A DNA stretch of 13,436 bases from Candidatus Micrarchaeota archaeon (GCA_043813365.1 JBDRLB010000027.1:1-13436); one strand, 5' to 3'; counted from the stretch's first letter, positions 1 to 8,955 are shown. Made by a program: numbers and translations. Notes: generated by a model from the sequence alone, not told the origin.

Positions 1-30
1 TTTTATATTACCGTCTGATTCTCTAGTCAT

Positions 31-705
31 ATGGCGAAGCTTAAGAGCCAGGTGGATGCTCCAATCGAATTGGTAATAGCCGTAATCATCCTCCTAACTT
101 CGATTTCAATTTCATTGCTCATTTTCGGCAATACGAGCGAGCAGCAGTGCCTTGCGGAGATGAAGGGCGAAATACAGAAGCTGCAGCTGGCAATGCAGGA
201 TCTTGCACTGCAATCGCCGCCTGCAACAAGGACGATTGATTTCACCTTGCCCAGGTGCGGCTCCAAAAAAGTGGATCTGCTGAGGTTCATCTATTTCGAC
301 CAGCCGGAGCCTTTCTGCAGGAAATGCCCGGGGCATTTTTCAGGCTGCTGGGTGCTGCAGCCGGTAACCTATAATCTGGAGGCGGACAGGTACGAGCCGC
401 TTGCCGATCAGGAGGTTTGCGTTGACATTTCAGGCGAATTCCAGGTGGCAACGGATCCTGAGCCCGGATGCAAAGAGCTTACGGATAACCCCTGCCCTGC
501 TGGGACGGATTGCGACCCAAAAATTTCCGGCATTGCAAGAGTGGTGTACAACCGGGACAGCCCCGAAACATCGCCGGCAAGATTTGCAACTCTGCAAACC
601 GAAGGCACGAATTACAGGATTACGTTGAAGAAGGACATTGGAGTATGTGGAGGGGATCCAACCTGCCCGAAATTCAATATCTGCGCAATCAGTCCCTCAG
701 GATGA
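31..705 (+). CDS. Cys-rich secreted protein with class III (type IV pilin-like) signal peptide
   Basis: N-terminus MAKLKS|QVDAPIELVIAVIILLTSISISLLIF: basic residues, small residue + Q, a Glu, then a hydrophobic helix. 12 Cys in the mature part. TTTATA-like box at 2-7, about 25 nt upstream of the ATG. Confidence 0.7.
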   Translation: MAKLKSQVDAPIELVIAVIILLTSISISLLIFGNTSEQQCLAEMKGEIQKLQLAMQDLALQSPPATRTIDFTLPRCGSKKVDLLRFIYFDQPEPFCRKCPGHFSGCWVLQPVTYNLEADRYEPLADQEVCVDISGEFQVATDPEPGCKELTDNPCPAGTDCDPKISGIARVVYNRDSPETSPARFATLQTEGTNYRITLKKDIGVCGGDPTCPKFNICAISPSG

Positions 706-1807
706 ACTTGTCTAGCGTTTTCCTTGCAGCTTCGCGTTTCCGCTGGTGCTCCTTCATGAACGCTTGGAGCTTTTCTATTAGGATGAGCTTTAGCTCGCCC
801 GAGAGCAGCTTCCCGGATTTATACTCATCGTGAATTTTTTTCAGCTTCGCATCATCCTCCTCGAAGAATGTGAGCCATTGGTAGGAAATGTCGATGTCGG
901 GATTGCCGCCGTGCTTGCGATGCTCCTCAATTGTATCCGCGCCGCCCGAGAATGCGTATCTTTTGACCTTTTTTTCGATTGTTTCCGGGGAGTCGGTGGT
1001 GTATATTGCAGTATCCGCCTCCGATGCGCTCATCTTCTTATTTGCAGAGAGGCCCGGAAGGAAGCGGCAGTGTATCGCGGCTGGTTTGAAATAACCCAAT
1101 TTCGGGAGTATGTCCCTGCTGACTCGGAAATGCGCATCCTGGTCAATTGCATGCGGGATGAGGCACGGGATGTTCTTCCCTTTTTTCACGCTGGGAAGGA
1201 AAGCGGGCACTGACTGCATCGAAGTGAAGAAAATCTCCCCCACATTCGAGGAGTCGGTGAAGCCGAAAACCGCCTTTGCAGTTGAGAATGTGAGCTTTTT
1301 GGATACTTTGAGCGCCTCCCTGTAAAGCGTCTTGGCATAATCTATGTCGGAGAAGATGAACGTCTTTCCGGGCTTGAAGCCCATTGCAATCACATCGAGC
1401 GCATTCTCGTAAGCGAGCTTGTTTGTCTCCTCCAAGGAAAGCGCATCCTTGAAGAGGAATTTCTCGTCATCCGTCATCTGGAAATAAAGCTCGACATCGA
1501 ATTTTTCCTGCAGCCATCTGGTGAGCATCCATGGGACAAGATGGCCTATATGCGTCTGCCCGGAAGGGCCCCTGCCGGTATAGAGGAAGAACTTGTTTCC
1601 CTTCTCGTACTCATCAAGAAGCCAGTTCATGTCTCGGTGCGAGAAGAAAACCTTCCTCCTGAGCAGATGGTGGAGCGTCCCCGTGTGCTTTTTTATGCGG
1701 GAGAGCAGCTTTTCATCTATATGCTCCGTGCCGAACTCCTTTACCAAACGTTCGTAATCAATTTCGCCCTCCACTTTCCAGGGAGTTACGATGAATTCCT
1801 TGGCCAT
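689..1807 (-). CDS. trpS: Tryptophan--tRNA ligase (archaeal/eukaryotic type)
   Basis: VTPW N-terminus, FFLYTGRGPS, HIGH motif (THIGH), QMTDDEKFL, AIDQD, KMSAS (KMSKS-like), AFSGG. Overlaps the convergent upstream gene by 17 nt. Confidence 0.97.
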   Translation of the reverse strand: MAKEFIVTPWKVEGEIDYERLVKEFGTEHIDEKLLSRIKKHTGTLHHLLRRKVFFSHRDMNWLLDEYEKGNKFFLYTGRGPSGQTHIGHLVPWMLTRWLQEKFDVELYFQMTDDEKFLFKDALSLEETNKLAYENALDVIAMGFKPGKTFIFSDIDYAKTLYREALKVSKKLTFSTAKAVFGFTDSSNVGEIFFTSMQSVPAFLPSVKKGKNIPCLIPHAIDQDAHFRVSRDILPKLGYFKPAAIHCRFLPGLSANKKMSASEADTAIYTTDSPETIEKKVKRYAFSGGADTIEEHRKHGGNPDIDISYQWLTFFEEDDAKLKKIHDEYKSGKLLSGELKLILIEKLQAFMKEHQRKREAARKTLDKFILRD

Positions 1808-1831
1808 GGCACTTTTTCCCCTCTAAAAACC

Positions 1832-1839
1832 TTTAAAAA
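1832..1839 (-). promoter_or_regulatory. Putative TATA box for trpS
   Basis: TTTTTAAA on the minus strand about 24 nt upstream of the trpS ATG, in the trpS/rps6e divergent intergenic region. Confidence 0.45.
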
Positions 1840-1941
1840 AGCTTTACTGCATTTACTATTGCTTATTCTTTCAGATGGCATGCTTTTAATTGCTATACTA
1901 ACGGGGAATAGGTCTGCGACTATCGCTTAAAGGGGATATGG

Positions 1942-2373
1942 ATGAAATTGGTAATAAACGACGTGAAGGCTGGCAAGAGCTACCAGAAGGAGATATCCAA
2001 GGAGAAGGAGGCATTGCTCTATGGGAAGAAGATCGCCGACCAGATTGACGGCGCATTCATCGCTGAACTGCCGGGTTATAAACTCGAGATACGCGGCGGC
2101 TCGGACAAGGATGGCTTTCCCATGAGGCCGGACGTGCCCGGCCAGAGGAGGGCGCGCTTGGTGCTTTCAAAGCCCCCTGGGATCACAATCAAGAGGAAGG
2201 GATTCCGGAAGATGAAAATGGTCATCGGGAATACGGTAACGGTTTCGATCAATCAGCTCAATATGAAAGTCATTGAGTACGGCCCGAAAGCGCTCGAGGA
2301 GCTGGGGCTGAAGCTCACTCCGAAGGACCAGAAGCCCAAGGAGGAAAAGAAAGCTGACAAGAAGAAAAGGTAA
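1942..2373 (+). CDS. rps6e: 30S ribosomal protein S6e (eS6)
   Basis: MKLVIND..GKSYQ, GYKLEIRGGSDKDGFPMRPDV and QLNMKVIEYG match eS6. Lys-rich tail. Confidence 0.96.
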   Translation: MKLVINDVKAGKSYQKEISKEKEALLYGKKIADQIDGAFIAELPGYKLEIRGGSDKDGFPMRPDVPGQRRARLVLSKPPGITIKRKGFRKMKMVIGNTVTVSINQLNMKVIEYGPKALEELGLKLTPKDQKPKEEKKADKKKR

Positions 2374-2406
2374 GGAGAGATTTAGTCGTGGAGAGACTGG
2401 ATTCAT

Positions 2407-3252
2407 TTGGACTGGAGTGGAATCGCATCCGAATTGGCTGAGCTGCACGATTTTTCCATTTATCTTGGCAATTACAATTACGCTAGCCTGCAAAAGCAGC
2501 TTGTGCAGGCGGATTTTGGCATCTCAGCAAGGAAGTGGGTATCGTTTTCAATTGCTGCTGCCGGAATGTTTTCAGCTTTCGCATCACTGATTACGCTCAT
2601 ATTGCAGATAAATGCCTATCTTGCATTTGAAGCCATGATCTTCTCTTTTTTCGGAGCGGCTTTGCTATTGCTTAAATTGCCATCCTATGTGAAAAAGAAG
2701 CGTGCGGAGGAGATTGAGGCCGAGTATTCAATTGCCTTGCGGGAGATTATTCTCGGGATGAGGATGGGGCAGCCCTTCGAGAGGATTATCGGGAATGTCG
2801 CAAGGGGGAATTACGGCAAATTGGGCAGGGAGTTTAGGAAGGCTTATTTGGAAATTGAAAACGGGGCGGAGGGCGTGAGGGGTGCGCTGGAAGGGATTGG
2901 AAAGAGAGTGGATTCGCAAATGGTGTCGAGGATAAACTCGCAGCTCATTTTTGTGTATGAGAACGGCACAAAGGGGTCGGGGCTGTCTAAATTGGCGGAA
3001 GAGATGATGCTTGTGCAGAAGATGAAAATGCGCGAGTATTCATCTAAAATGGCGTTCCTCGGGCTCCTGTTCATCGCAATAAGCTGCATCGTGCCCGCGC
3101 TTTTCGCGGCATATGTGATAATCGGCTCCTCCTTCCTTTCCCTCACAATAACGGAAGGGGACATTTTGGCAGCATACCTGATCATATTCCCTGCGGCTTC
3201 ACTTGCAGCGCTATTGTTTATTAAGGAAAAAAGTCCCGCAATATTGATTTAA
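2407..3252 (+). CDS. Type II secretion system F / TadC-like pilus membrane platform protein
   Basis: Two N-terminal TM helices, KKRAEEIEAEYSIALREIILGMRMGQPFE, YGKLGREFRKAYLEIENG, ALEGIGKRVDS and two C-terminal TM helices match the T2SSF/TadBC layout. TTG start is the only start after the in-frame TAG at 2383. Confidence 0.82.
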   Translation: MDWSGIASELAELHDFSIYLGNYNYASLQKQLVQADFGISARKWVSFSIAAAGMFSAFASLITLILQINAYLAFEAMIFSFFGAALLLLKLPSYVKKKRAEEIEAEYSIALREIILGMRMGQPFERIIGNVARGNYGKLGREFRKAYLEIENGAEGVRGALEGIGKRVDSQMVSRINSQLIFVYENGTKGSGLSKLAEEMMLVQKMKMREYSSKMAFLGLLFIAISCIVPALFAAYVIIGSSFLSLTITEGDILAAYLIIFPAASLAALLFIKEKSPAILI

Positions 3253-3380
3253 TGGGTCCAAATATAATCAGTTCTATTGTTTCGGGATGGGAAATAAGTA
3301 GCGGCGCAGTTAAGAGATAGGAAAAAAGCAAACTGCCACCTTCACCAGGCTATTTGCAACTCATTGCAACTCCCACAAAT

Positions 3381-3388
3381 AAAAAAAA
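3381..3388 (-). terminator. Oligo-T archaeal terminator
   Basis: T8 run on the minus strand directly after the stop codon of 3389..4504. Confidence 0.45.
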
Positions 3389-4504
3389 TTAATTCAGCGG
3401 CTGGTTTCCACAAGTAATGCTGGTTATGCAGCCGTTCTGGTCGTTTTGCGCATTCCAGCCCATGTTCGAGCTACGGCACTCGAGCGCCTTGCTGATTATC
3501 GCATCGGAAGGAATGCCACAATTTGGCGCCTGACGGAGATCCGCCAAGATCCTGTCTCTTTCATTCCTGCACGCATATTTGGTCACGCAATTCCTCTCGT
3601 CCCTGATTGGGTCCATTTGTCCGCCCTTTAGCCTGCAGGCGTCTTGCTCGGATTGCGGAGGCTGTGAAACTGGGGTGCAGGTTACCTTTTCAAAGCATTG
3701 CGGATAATAGACCGCCGAAGATTTCTCGTTTGAAACTTTGGTAAGCTTCACATCGAAACCGTTCGCGACCGTATAGGAAACGGTGAATGGAAGAGGCACT
3801 TTCTTGGTTATTTTCGCGATGCATGCATCCATTTCCGAGGGTCCCTGGCCTTGTTCCAACAAGGCGAATTTGGTGCAGGGGATTGTGAATTCACCCGTTT
3901 CGTCCCCTTTGATTATGGAGAGGTTGGCAAAACTGTTGCCGAATTGCACGTTCTTCAGTATTATGGGTGTGGTGCTCTTCCAGACATCATCCGTCATGAA
4001 GTTCCTCCCTACGGATGCGAACATGTCGTTCAGGGTAAGGAAGAAATCAAAATCCATATAGACGGATTTGGCATTGTCGAAGGCAAGATCGCTTTTTGGA
4101 GCGCCTTTGGTAACCGCCATGGACCCATCATCCTCATATACAGTTACCTTCGACCATGCGGAACTTTGTCCCGGCATGCTCTTATCTTCCGATGACTGCA
4201 TCACGCCCAAATATGCATTCCTGCCTCCGCAATCCTTCTTTTCATTAAGCCATAGGGTGAAAAACAGATTTGTCACTGGGCCTCCTTGTGGACCGCCACT
4301 CTGCTTGAATTCATACTCCAATTTCAGGGGCTGGAATGCTTCGGGGGTTGGGGAGGGAATTGTTGTCGGGGTTGCAGTAGCGATTTTTGTTGGAACCTGG
4401 GTTGGAACCGATGTGGGAACGGCAGTCGGAGCCGGCTGGGGTTGAGTGCATCCAAACAACAAAACAAGCGAAACAATCAGGACAAAAACCACTGCCTTAG
4501 TCAT
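3389..4504 (-). CDS. Putative lipoprotein with Pro/Thr linker and C-terminal 4-Cys repeats
   Basis: Signal MTKAVVFVLIVSLVLLFG|C (lipobox-like), P/T-rich linker, Cys-rich C-terminus. SD GGGTGA at 4509-4514 (minus strand). Confidence 0.8.
   Translation of the reverse strand: MTKAVVFVLIVSLVLLFGCTQPQPAPTAVPTSVPTQVPTKIATATPTTIPSPTPEAFQPLKLEYEFKQSGGPQGGPVTNLFFTLWLNEKKDCGGRNAYLGVMQSSEDKSMPGQSSAWSKVTVYEDDGSMAVTKGAPKSDLAFDNAKSVYMDFDFFLTLNDMFASVGRNFMTDDVWKSTTPIILKNVQFGNSFANLSIIKGDETGEFTIPCTKFALLEQGQGPSEMDACIAKITKKVPLPFTVSYTVANGFDVKLTKVSNEKSSAVYYPQCFEKVTCTPVSQPPQSEQDACRLKGGQMDPIRDERNCVTKYACRNERDRILADLRQAPNCGIPSDAIISKALECRSSNMGWNAQNDQNGCITSITCGNQPLN
3410..3679 (-). repeat. Two 37-aa four-cysteine protein repeats (3569-3679 and 3410-3520)
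   Basis: CTPVSQPPQSEQDACRLKGGQMDPIRDERNCVTKYAC and CGIPSDAIISKALECRSSNMGWNAQNDQNGCITSITC share the spacing C-x13-CR-x10-D-x3-C[VI]T-x3-C. Confidence 0.75.
4389..4436 (-). repeat. Imperfect 12-bp coding tandem repeat (PAPT/AVPT/SVPT/QVPT linker)
   Basis: Plus-strand units gttggaacctgg / gttggaaccgat / gtgggaacggca / gtcggagccggc. Confidence 0.6.
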
Positions 4505-4629
4505 ACACTCACCCGCATTGAATTCAAAGTAGTATTAAACGGTCAAATTAAAGCTTTGCGGTGGCTTTTTCGATCTACTGCCTTGCGCCACGGGGAAATT
4601 TGACGAAAGAGCGCGCGGCTTTTTTTAGC

Positions 4630-5814
4630 CTACTGCCTTGCGTCGCCGAGATTGAACTTAAGGGGCACGTAGCCCACTGCGCCGGTATCAAAAATAAGCT
4701 GCAACCCTATGGCTGCTTTCGGGACCTGGAACGGGATTTTTCCCCTTATTTTATCCCCCGCGGGCAGATTTCCCTCGATGCTCTGGCCGAAGATCATGTT
4801 TGCACCCAGATCCAAGGAATACGAGTAGCTTTCGGAATCCTTCACCTTGAATTGCATGCCGCGAACCGTTGCTGCTTCCTTTCCGGCATTTTCCACGGTT
4901 ATATCCGCAATCAGGAAAATATTCCCCTCGTTCGCCCTTGCTTGCATCCCCAGGGATCCATTAATTTGATCTGAAAAGGAAACGGAATTGAGCGTAACAC
5001 GTAAAGCTTTGGCCGAAGGGGTCGCCGCCGCCGGCCTTGGGGAACCGCCCGATGGCTTAATGTTTTGAGTTTCTGTGTCAGATAAATCAACCCTTGCGCC
5101 AACACCCGAAAAGTACCCCTCACTGATTTCCAGAAGAACCACTTCCGTATTCTCGGGCACTTCCACATAGCAGTTGGCGTAATCCGCGCTTAGGCCGGGC
5201 TCAATCCGCTCCCCGATCGACATGCCGCCCCTCAACTTGTCCTCGCAGCCGCCGACATCGAATACACGGCCGTTTTCGTCCCTCACCTTCAAGTTGGAAG
5301 CCCCGAATGAAACAGAACTCTTGCCCCTATTCTCAACAATTGCCTCAAAAATGTAAAAAACCGCGCCAGCACGGGCATTCTTTACCGTATTTCCTGCAAT
5401 TATCGAATCCGCCTTTACCGCGGAAGGGACGCTTATTTGCATGCTCCCGACCATGAAATTATCCCCGATTTTATATGGAGGGGTTTTATCGGTGACATTG
5501 GAATTCATCGAGCTGGAAAACTCCGCATAAGGGAACATGGCAACTGCCGCGGAGAGAAGTAAAATTGCGGAAATCACAATCCTAAGCCAGACGCTCAGGA
5601 TGAAATGGAACCGTTTCAGGAGAAAAACGTTGAATGTCGGGATGATCACGATCCCGGCAAGTAGCAGCAGCAGCCCGCCGACTGCCGAGCTGAACAGCAC
5701 GCTTACACCTGCGAGGATGTAAACCGAGCCGAATATGAATCCGAGTACCGAAAGGACCCCGATTTTGCGCACGGGTTTTTGCACCGGCAGAATTTCAAGG
5801 GCTTTCTTGGCCAT
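4630..5814 (-). CDS. Membrane-anchored protein with two tandem DUF4352-like (Ig-like) domains
   Basis: Likely start MAKKALEILP at 5814 (the longer ORF to 6147 overlaps the divergent gene). About 3 TM helices, then two related domains (FYIFEAIVENRGK..LKVRDENG..IEPG..VEVP and FLIADITVENAGK..FKVKDSES..LPAG..FQVP) separated by a P/A/S linker. Confidence 0.78.
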   Translation of the reverse strand: MAKKALEILPVQKPVRKIGVLSVLGFIFGSVYILAGVSVLFSSAVGGLLLLLAGIVIIPTFNVFLLKRFHFILSVWLRIVISAILLLSAAVAMFPYAEFSSSMNSNVTDKTPPYKIGDNFMVGSMQISVPSAVKADSIIAGNTVKNARAGAVFYIFEAIVENRGKSSVSFGASNLKVRDENGRVFDVGGCEDKLRGGMSIGERIEPGLSADYANCYVEVPENTEVVLLEISEGYFSGVGARVDLSDTETQNIKPSGGSPRPAAATPSAKALRVTLNSVSFSDQINGSLGMQARANEGNIFLIADITVENAGKEAATVRGMQFKVKDSESYSYSLDLGANMIFGQSIEGNLPAGDKIRGKIPFQVPKAAIGLQLIFDTGAVGYVPLKFNLGDARQ

Positions 5815-5926
5815 GACCGTCACTTTAGAGTATATCATTAAAGGGAATTTAAACCTATCAAAATCTTTTGAAGCGGGCATGCAAAGGCTTTTCAACAATT
5901 CAGCATTATTTTTTATCGGTGTTCTT

Positions 5927-7174
5927 ATGGGAATCATTCGCTGGCCTGCACTTGGGATGTTCATTATCCTTGCGATGGGCTGTGTAGGGCCATCGCCATC
6001 ACCTGCTCCGACGATGCCTGCATCAACGGCTACAGACCAAGCAAGAGTGACGCCCACATTGGCGGGCACGGTGCTGCCGGCCCCGACGGCAACGGAAATG
6101 CCCACGTTTACAATCCCAGTTGACCAGCAATGCATGGACGGTAGCAATTGCAGGCCTGCTCCTTCCCAGGCAGCTGTAAACCCGGCATCCCCAACAGTTC
6201 AGCAAGCGATAATTCCGGCTCCCGAAGCGCTCGCACTTGAAAATTACGACGGGAAATTCTTCACAATCAGGAAACCTGCTGGCTGGGAGATAGCAACAGG
6301 GGGCTCGTGCTCCACATTCTCGTTCGTTATGAAGGATAAAATGATGCCGCAGAGGCAGATATTCTACTTCGGCGAGATCGGCCCGGTATACCTGGATGAG
6401 AGCCAGAAACTGCTCGATAGGCAATACATGGATATGGGCGGCTTCCAGATTTTCTGGTATGAGATGCCGGTTGTAAAACCATTGACTCCGGAGAATTTCC
6501 TGGAAAGCGAATACCTGCTCATGAAAACGAGCCTGCTAAAGCAATTCATGGCGGATTTGCCGGAACTGAACGAGGTGGAAATTATTTACTCCGAATCGGC
6601 GAAATCACCTGTTGCAGGCGACACCAAATTGATGCGGGCGCTGTTCAAAACGCAGGGGGGTTTGGGGGAGGGGCAGTTCTTCCTCACTACAAGGGAAGTT
6701 TTGCCGCTGAGTGGGTTCGCAAGCGGGGGGATCGGCTATGGATTCACTTTCATCGGAATTGCAGCCGAAAAGAAGGAATTCAAGTATCTGGAAAAAACGC
6801 TTACTGAGAGCATCAATAGCTTCACAATGTCGCAGGAATACGTTTCAAATTGCCTGCAGCAGCAGCAAAAAACAACGGAAGGGATACTGAAGGCGGGGAA
6901 AACGCTTTCCGAAACCTCCGACATCATCATGTCCTCCTGGGAAAGCCGCAATAGGGCGGATGACATCATCTCGGAAAAGAGGAGTGATGCAATTCTTGGG
7001 AGGGAAAGGGTATACAATCCGGACACGGGCACCGTTTACGATGTAAATAACGGCTTTTACGACGATTACGATTCCGAACGCCAGAATTTCGACATGAGCA
7101 GATTGGAAATGCTGCCGGAGAACGATTGGAACCTTTGGAACGCTCCGGCAGAGGATGGGAGCAAAATCCATTAG
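5927..7174 (+). CDS. Putative lipoprotein with Pro/Thr/Ala-rich linker, function unknown
   Basis: Likely start MGIIRWPALGMFIILAMG|C at 5927 with GGTG just upstream. Long P/T/A linker, then a globular domain beginning YDGKFFTIRKPAGWEI and an acidic C-terminus. Start is uncertain (5879 is possible). Confidence 0.75.
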   Translation: MGIIRWPALGMFIILAMGCVGPSPSPAPTMPASTATDQARVTPTLAGTVLPAPTATEMPTFTIPVDQQCMDGSNCRPAPSQAAVNPASPTVQQAIIPAPEALALENYDGKFFTIRKPAGWEIATGGSCSTFSFVMKDKMMPQRQIFYFGEIGPVYLDESQKLLDRQYMDMGGFQIFWYEMPVVKPLTPENFLESEYLLMKTSLLKQFMADLPELNEVEIIYSESAKSPVAGDTKLMRALFKTQGGLGEGQFFLTTREVLPLSGFASGGIGYGFTFIGIAAEKKEFKYLEKTLTESINSFTMSQEYVSNCLQQQQKTTEGILKAGKTLSETSDIIMSSWESRNRADDIISEKRSDAILGRERVYNPDTGTVYDVNNGFYDDYDSERQNFDMSRLEMLPENDWNLWNAPAEDGSKIH

Positions 7175-7270
7175 TGCGGATAGGCATAAAAAAACCAATT
7201 GGACTCATTATTTATTAAGGAAAAGACGCCAAAGGTAATTTCTGCTCGAGAAGGAAAAAGGTCATAGGAA

Positions 7271-8116
7271 ATGAGAGGCGGATTCAGGGATTGGATGAGG
7301 CTTGCGAGAGTTGAGCATGCGGCCATGGTTATTGCCGCAGTGATAATTTCGGAGGCGCTGGCAGCTAAATATGCAGGGATAGCGTTCGCAATAACAGCTG
7401 GAATAATTTATTCGGCGTTGGGGCCGTTCGCACTGACAATCGGGGCATTCATTTTGAACGATTATTTCGGTTATGAGACGGACAAGGCGAACAGGCGGAA
7501 AGATAGGCCGATTGTTGCGGGAGTGATTGCCAGGAGGGATGCATTGAAAGCGGCGTATGTTTTTTACGCAATTGGGCTGGCGCTGATATTTTTCGTTAAC
7601 TTCTACTGCTTCATTGTAGGGCTAATTTTTGCCATCCTTTCCGCTACGTACGACAATTACCTGAAAAAATTGCCGCTTTTGGGGAACATGTACATAGCGA
7701 GCAGCATGTCAGCCTCATTCATTTACGGGAATTTCGCGGTTACCTACAATTTGCAGGAAATCATCCTGCTTTTCGTTGCCATCTCCTTCCTTGCAGGGGT
7801 CGGGAGGGAATTGATAATCACCTTGAGGGATGTTGAGGGCGACAGGAAGGTGGGAGGGAAGACGCTTCCGATGGTGATCGGGAACAACAGCACAATTGCC
7901 CTTTCTGCGGCACTGTTCTTAATCGCGATGATCATCAGCTGGGTGCCAATGGAAGGGAATTATTATTCCGCTTATGCAATCCTGATTTACCTGAACAACT
8001 TCCTCCTTGCATTCACAGTATATTCCGCAATGGATGGGGAATTCGGGAATGCGAGGAACGCGAGCCTGCTCGCGCTTGCGGTTGGATTGGCTGCTTTTGG
8101 TACGCTGGCGCTCTAG
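7271..8116 (+). CDS. UbiA-family prenyltransferase, DGGGP synthase-like (divergent Asp motifs)
   Basis: Polytopic membrane protein with NDYFGYETDKANRRKDRPIVAG, YDNYLKKLPLLGN and GRELIITLRDVEGDRKVGGKTLP, matching UbiA/DGGGPS motif positions. Confidence 0.85.
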   Translation: MRGGFRDWMRLARVEHAAMVIAAVIISEALAAKYAGIAFAITAGIIYSALGPFALTIGAFILNDYFGYETDKANRRKDRPIVAGVIARRDALKAAYVFYAIGLALIFFVNFYCFIVGLIFAILSATYDNYLKKLPLLGNMYIASSMSASFIYGNFAVTYNLQEIILLFVAISFLAGVGRELIITLRDVEGDRKVGGKTLPMVIGNNSTIALSAALFLIAMIISWVPMEGNYYSAYAILIYLNNFLLAFTVYSAMDGEFGNARNASLLALAVGLAAFGTLAL

Positions 8117-8955
8117 ACTAATTTACGTTGTGACATTAACTCATTTAAGTCGAGTTTGAGCCCTTCTTCCGCGAGCATTATTGGGACACCGGTTTCCTCC
8201 TGCACCTTTTTTCTTTGCGCTTCCTTCCCTGCCTGAAGGAATTTCATCCCCAGATGGGTGAGGAAGCACAGTTTGGGCTTTTTCACCATCTCATTCAGAA
8301 TGGCAATTACTTCGGAAGCTGCCATGTGGAACTCCAGCTTTTCATTGTCCGGCCGGAGGCAGTTGAAAACCATGAAATCCGCCCCCTCGAATTGTGCGGC
8401 GATGCCGCGGAAATATTCCGTGTCAGCTGTGTAGCCGATTTTTATGCCTTCAATTTCAAAGAGGAAGCCGATGCAGCTTGGATCCTCGTGGGAGGTTTTC
8501 ATTGCCTTGATTGTTGGCGGTTTAGAATGAGTTTTGCTGGCATCTGGTTTTTTGGTATCGAGGAATTCGTACGATTCCCCAGCTTTCATCGCCCAGCATT
8601 CCTTGAGCATCATCTTGAAATATTCGTCCACCTGCTTCTCGAATTTCCCGAAGCCGTTTATCACGCTTTCGGAGCCGAGGAGGATGCCCTTCTTCCGATC
8701 ATAACTGCCGAAATTCATCGCCTCGATCATCATGTTCACATCATTGCAGTGGTCTATATGCGCATGGGAGCAGAATAGTGCATTCAATTCAACAGGATCC
8801 TGCTTGTGCTGGAGGGATTTCAGGAATGCGCCGGGGCCGGGGTCGGCGTGCATCTTGAAGTGCGGGGAGTTTATGCGGAACCCGCCGGTAGCCAGCACCT
8901 GCCGATCCAGTACAATCCTGCCGCCGCCGCTTCCCAGGAAAACGATTTCAACCAT
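8113..8955 (-). CDS. Metallo-beta-lactamase fold hydrolase (archaeal family)
   Basis: IVFLGSGGGR, DPGPGA, SHAHIDH (HxHxDH), TSHED, GYTADT, FH and LTHLG motifs. Stop overlaps the UbiA stop by 4 nt (CTAG). Confidence 0.9.
   Translation of the reverse strand: MVEIVFLGSGGGRIVLDRQVLATGGFRINSPHFKMHADPGPGAFLKSLQHKQDPVELNALFCSHAHIDHCNDVNMMIEAMNFGSYDRKKGILLGSESVINGFGKFEKQVDEYFKMMLKECWAMKAGESYEFLDTKKPDASKTHSKPPTIKAMKTSHEDPSCIGFLFEIEGIKIGYTADTEYFRGIAAQFEGADFMVFNCLRPDNEKLEFHMAASEVIAILNEMVKKPKLCFLTHLGMKFLQAGKEAQRKKVQEETGVPIMLAEEGLKLDLNELMSQRKLV

Noticed and set aside
5735..6147. About 400-nt antisense overlap between ORFs 4630..6147 and 5735..7174
   Set aside because: An artefact of longest-ORF starts. 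Signal and TM sequences indicate starts at 5814 (minus) and 5927 (plus), leaving a normal AT-rich divergent promoter.
8215..8778. 187-aa plus-strand ORF and similar alternative-frame ORFs over trpS, rps6e and the surface genes
   Set aside because: Antisense or out of frame to well-supported genes, with no recognisable motifs.
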